NCBI GenBank assembly: GCA_951406725.2
Contig: OX597820.1
Location: forward strand, 4,216,001-4,280,000
Source of the DNA: Octopus vulgaris
Lineage: Eukaryota
Direction: 5' to 3'
Length of the DNA stretch: 64,000 nt
Part shown: in pieces, positions 62,800 to 64,000 of the stretch
Layout: every line of letters starts with the position of its first letter
Position numbering within the stretch: position 1 is the first letter of the stretch
Notes under the pieces: generated by a model
Databases searched by the model: none
Told to the model about the DNA's origin: nothing
What the model saw: the letters and a program-made list of their open reading frames with translations, nothing else
Made by a program: the position numbers and the translations under genes

Positions 62800-64000
62800 T
62801 AGACTGTGGCCATGCTGGAGCACCACTTTGAAGGGCTTTTAGTGGAACAAGTTGACCCCAGTGCGCTAAGTTACAAAGATGTAAACCCACCATCACCAGT
62901 TGTCAAGCAGTGAAGGGGAACAAACATAAAAACAGACACACACACACACACAATTGCATATAACAAGTTTCTTTTGGTTTCCACTTATGAAATCAATTCA
63001 CGGGACTGAACCTGGAACCATGAGTTTAGGAAGCAAACTTCTTACCATACAGCCATGCCCTGCACCTATTGTATAAACAATATATCAATACGGACAATAT
63101 ATGATAATATATGTAAACACTCCATCTCTGAAGATAACGATTAACAAAACAATCGTAAGCATAGATTATGGTTGGGATGCACGGGCAAAAGTTTACATGT
63201 CTTTGTAATCTAGAATAAAGATAATTATCAACTAATTAGTGGAGTTTTAACAACTGTTGTTATGGTTACACAAAGAGAGATATGATATATGGAGATATTG
63301 AAGAACTTTATTTAAATTGGTTAATCAATGGAAACTATTAATTAGGAGATTCAAACATATTTTACATTGATCCGTCTGCAAAATGGTGATTATAAAGAGA
63401 CAAAGAGGAACACAGTGCAGCTTTATAGGGATGCGGCATGGATGGATCACTAATCTATTGGTTAGAGTACCGTAATATTACGCAACAGAGCTCCAAGTGC
63501 AGGGGAACAACAGTTGCATTTGGACTGCGTCCATTTGGCCTGCCTTTACTGCGGCCATCACCAAACTCTGTGCAACATACAGAAAGAAGCTGGACAAAGG
63601 ATTGAGCAAACTGTCAAAGGCAAGATGGTGGTCATTAGCCTGATGGAGAAGTAGTATAACGAGGAAGGTGGGACTAAGAATCCTATCTTAATATTTGATT
63701 AAGTAATTATGTCCCACAGGATTGCCAGATTAAGATTGCCTTGGGACGACACAATTACAGCAGCAGAAATTTAGTACATCATGAACCTATTACATCACTA
63801 ACGTCATCATCATCATCGTTTAACGTCCGCTTTCCATGCTAGCATGCGTTGGATGGTTTGACTGAGGGCTGGCGAACCAGATGGCTGCACCAGGCTCCAG
63901 TCTGATCTGGCAGTGTTTCTACAGTACAGAGTGTACTGGGTGCTTTTTACGTGCCACAGGCTATTGTTAACCCGTTAATCCACTCGGCTATTACATCTCT

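Overview
AT-rich, microsatellite- and retroelement-dense eukaryotic DNA. The repeat content (RTE LINE 3' ends with (GAT)n tails, tRNA-derived SINEs with internal microsatellites) suggests an octopus or other coleoid cephalopod; this is an inference. The only host gene I can support is an ELOVL1/7-like fatty-acid elongase on the minus strand, seen as four in-phase GT-AG exons (19816-19629, 6997-6914, 4014-3958, 3523-3418, including the HxxHH box). Its first and last coding exons were not located. The 12.6-kb intron carries an apparently intact CR1-type LINE (~10573-15634) in antisense orientation. Its ORF1 combines a Myb/SANT(trihelix)-like N-terminus with a CCCH zinc finger, and it sits inside a long (TA/TACA)n array. 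The most unusual system is a Penelope-like element (PLE) family with a tRNA-like Pol III module ~30 nt after a GIY-YIG-type ORF end (26170-26489). Three short copies (5843-6150, 49200-49556, 52176-52536) begin or invert exactly at that tRNA 5' end, carry a minimal type I hammerhead ribozyme, and have PLE-style inverted ends with ~15-bp TSDs. Several unrelated minimal hammerheads, a DD37E/TRT Tc1 relic, piggyBac relics and MITEs, many SINE and RTE fragments, and two recent inverted duplications complete the window.
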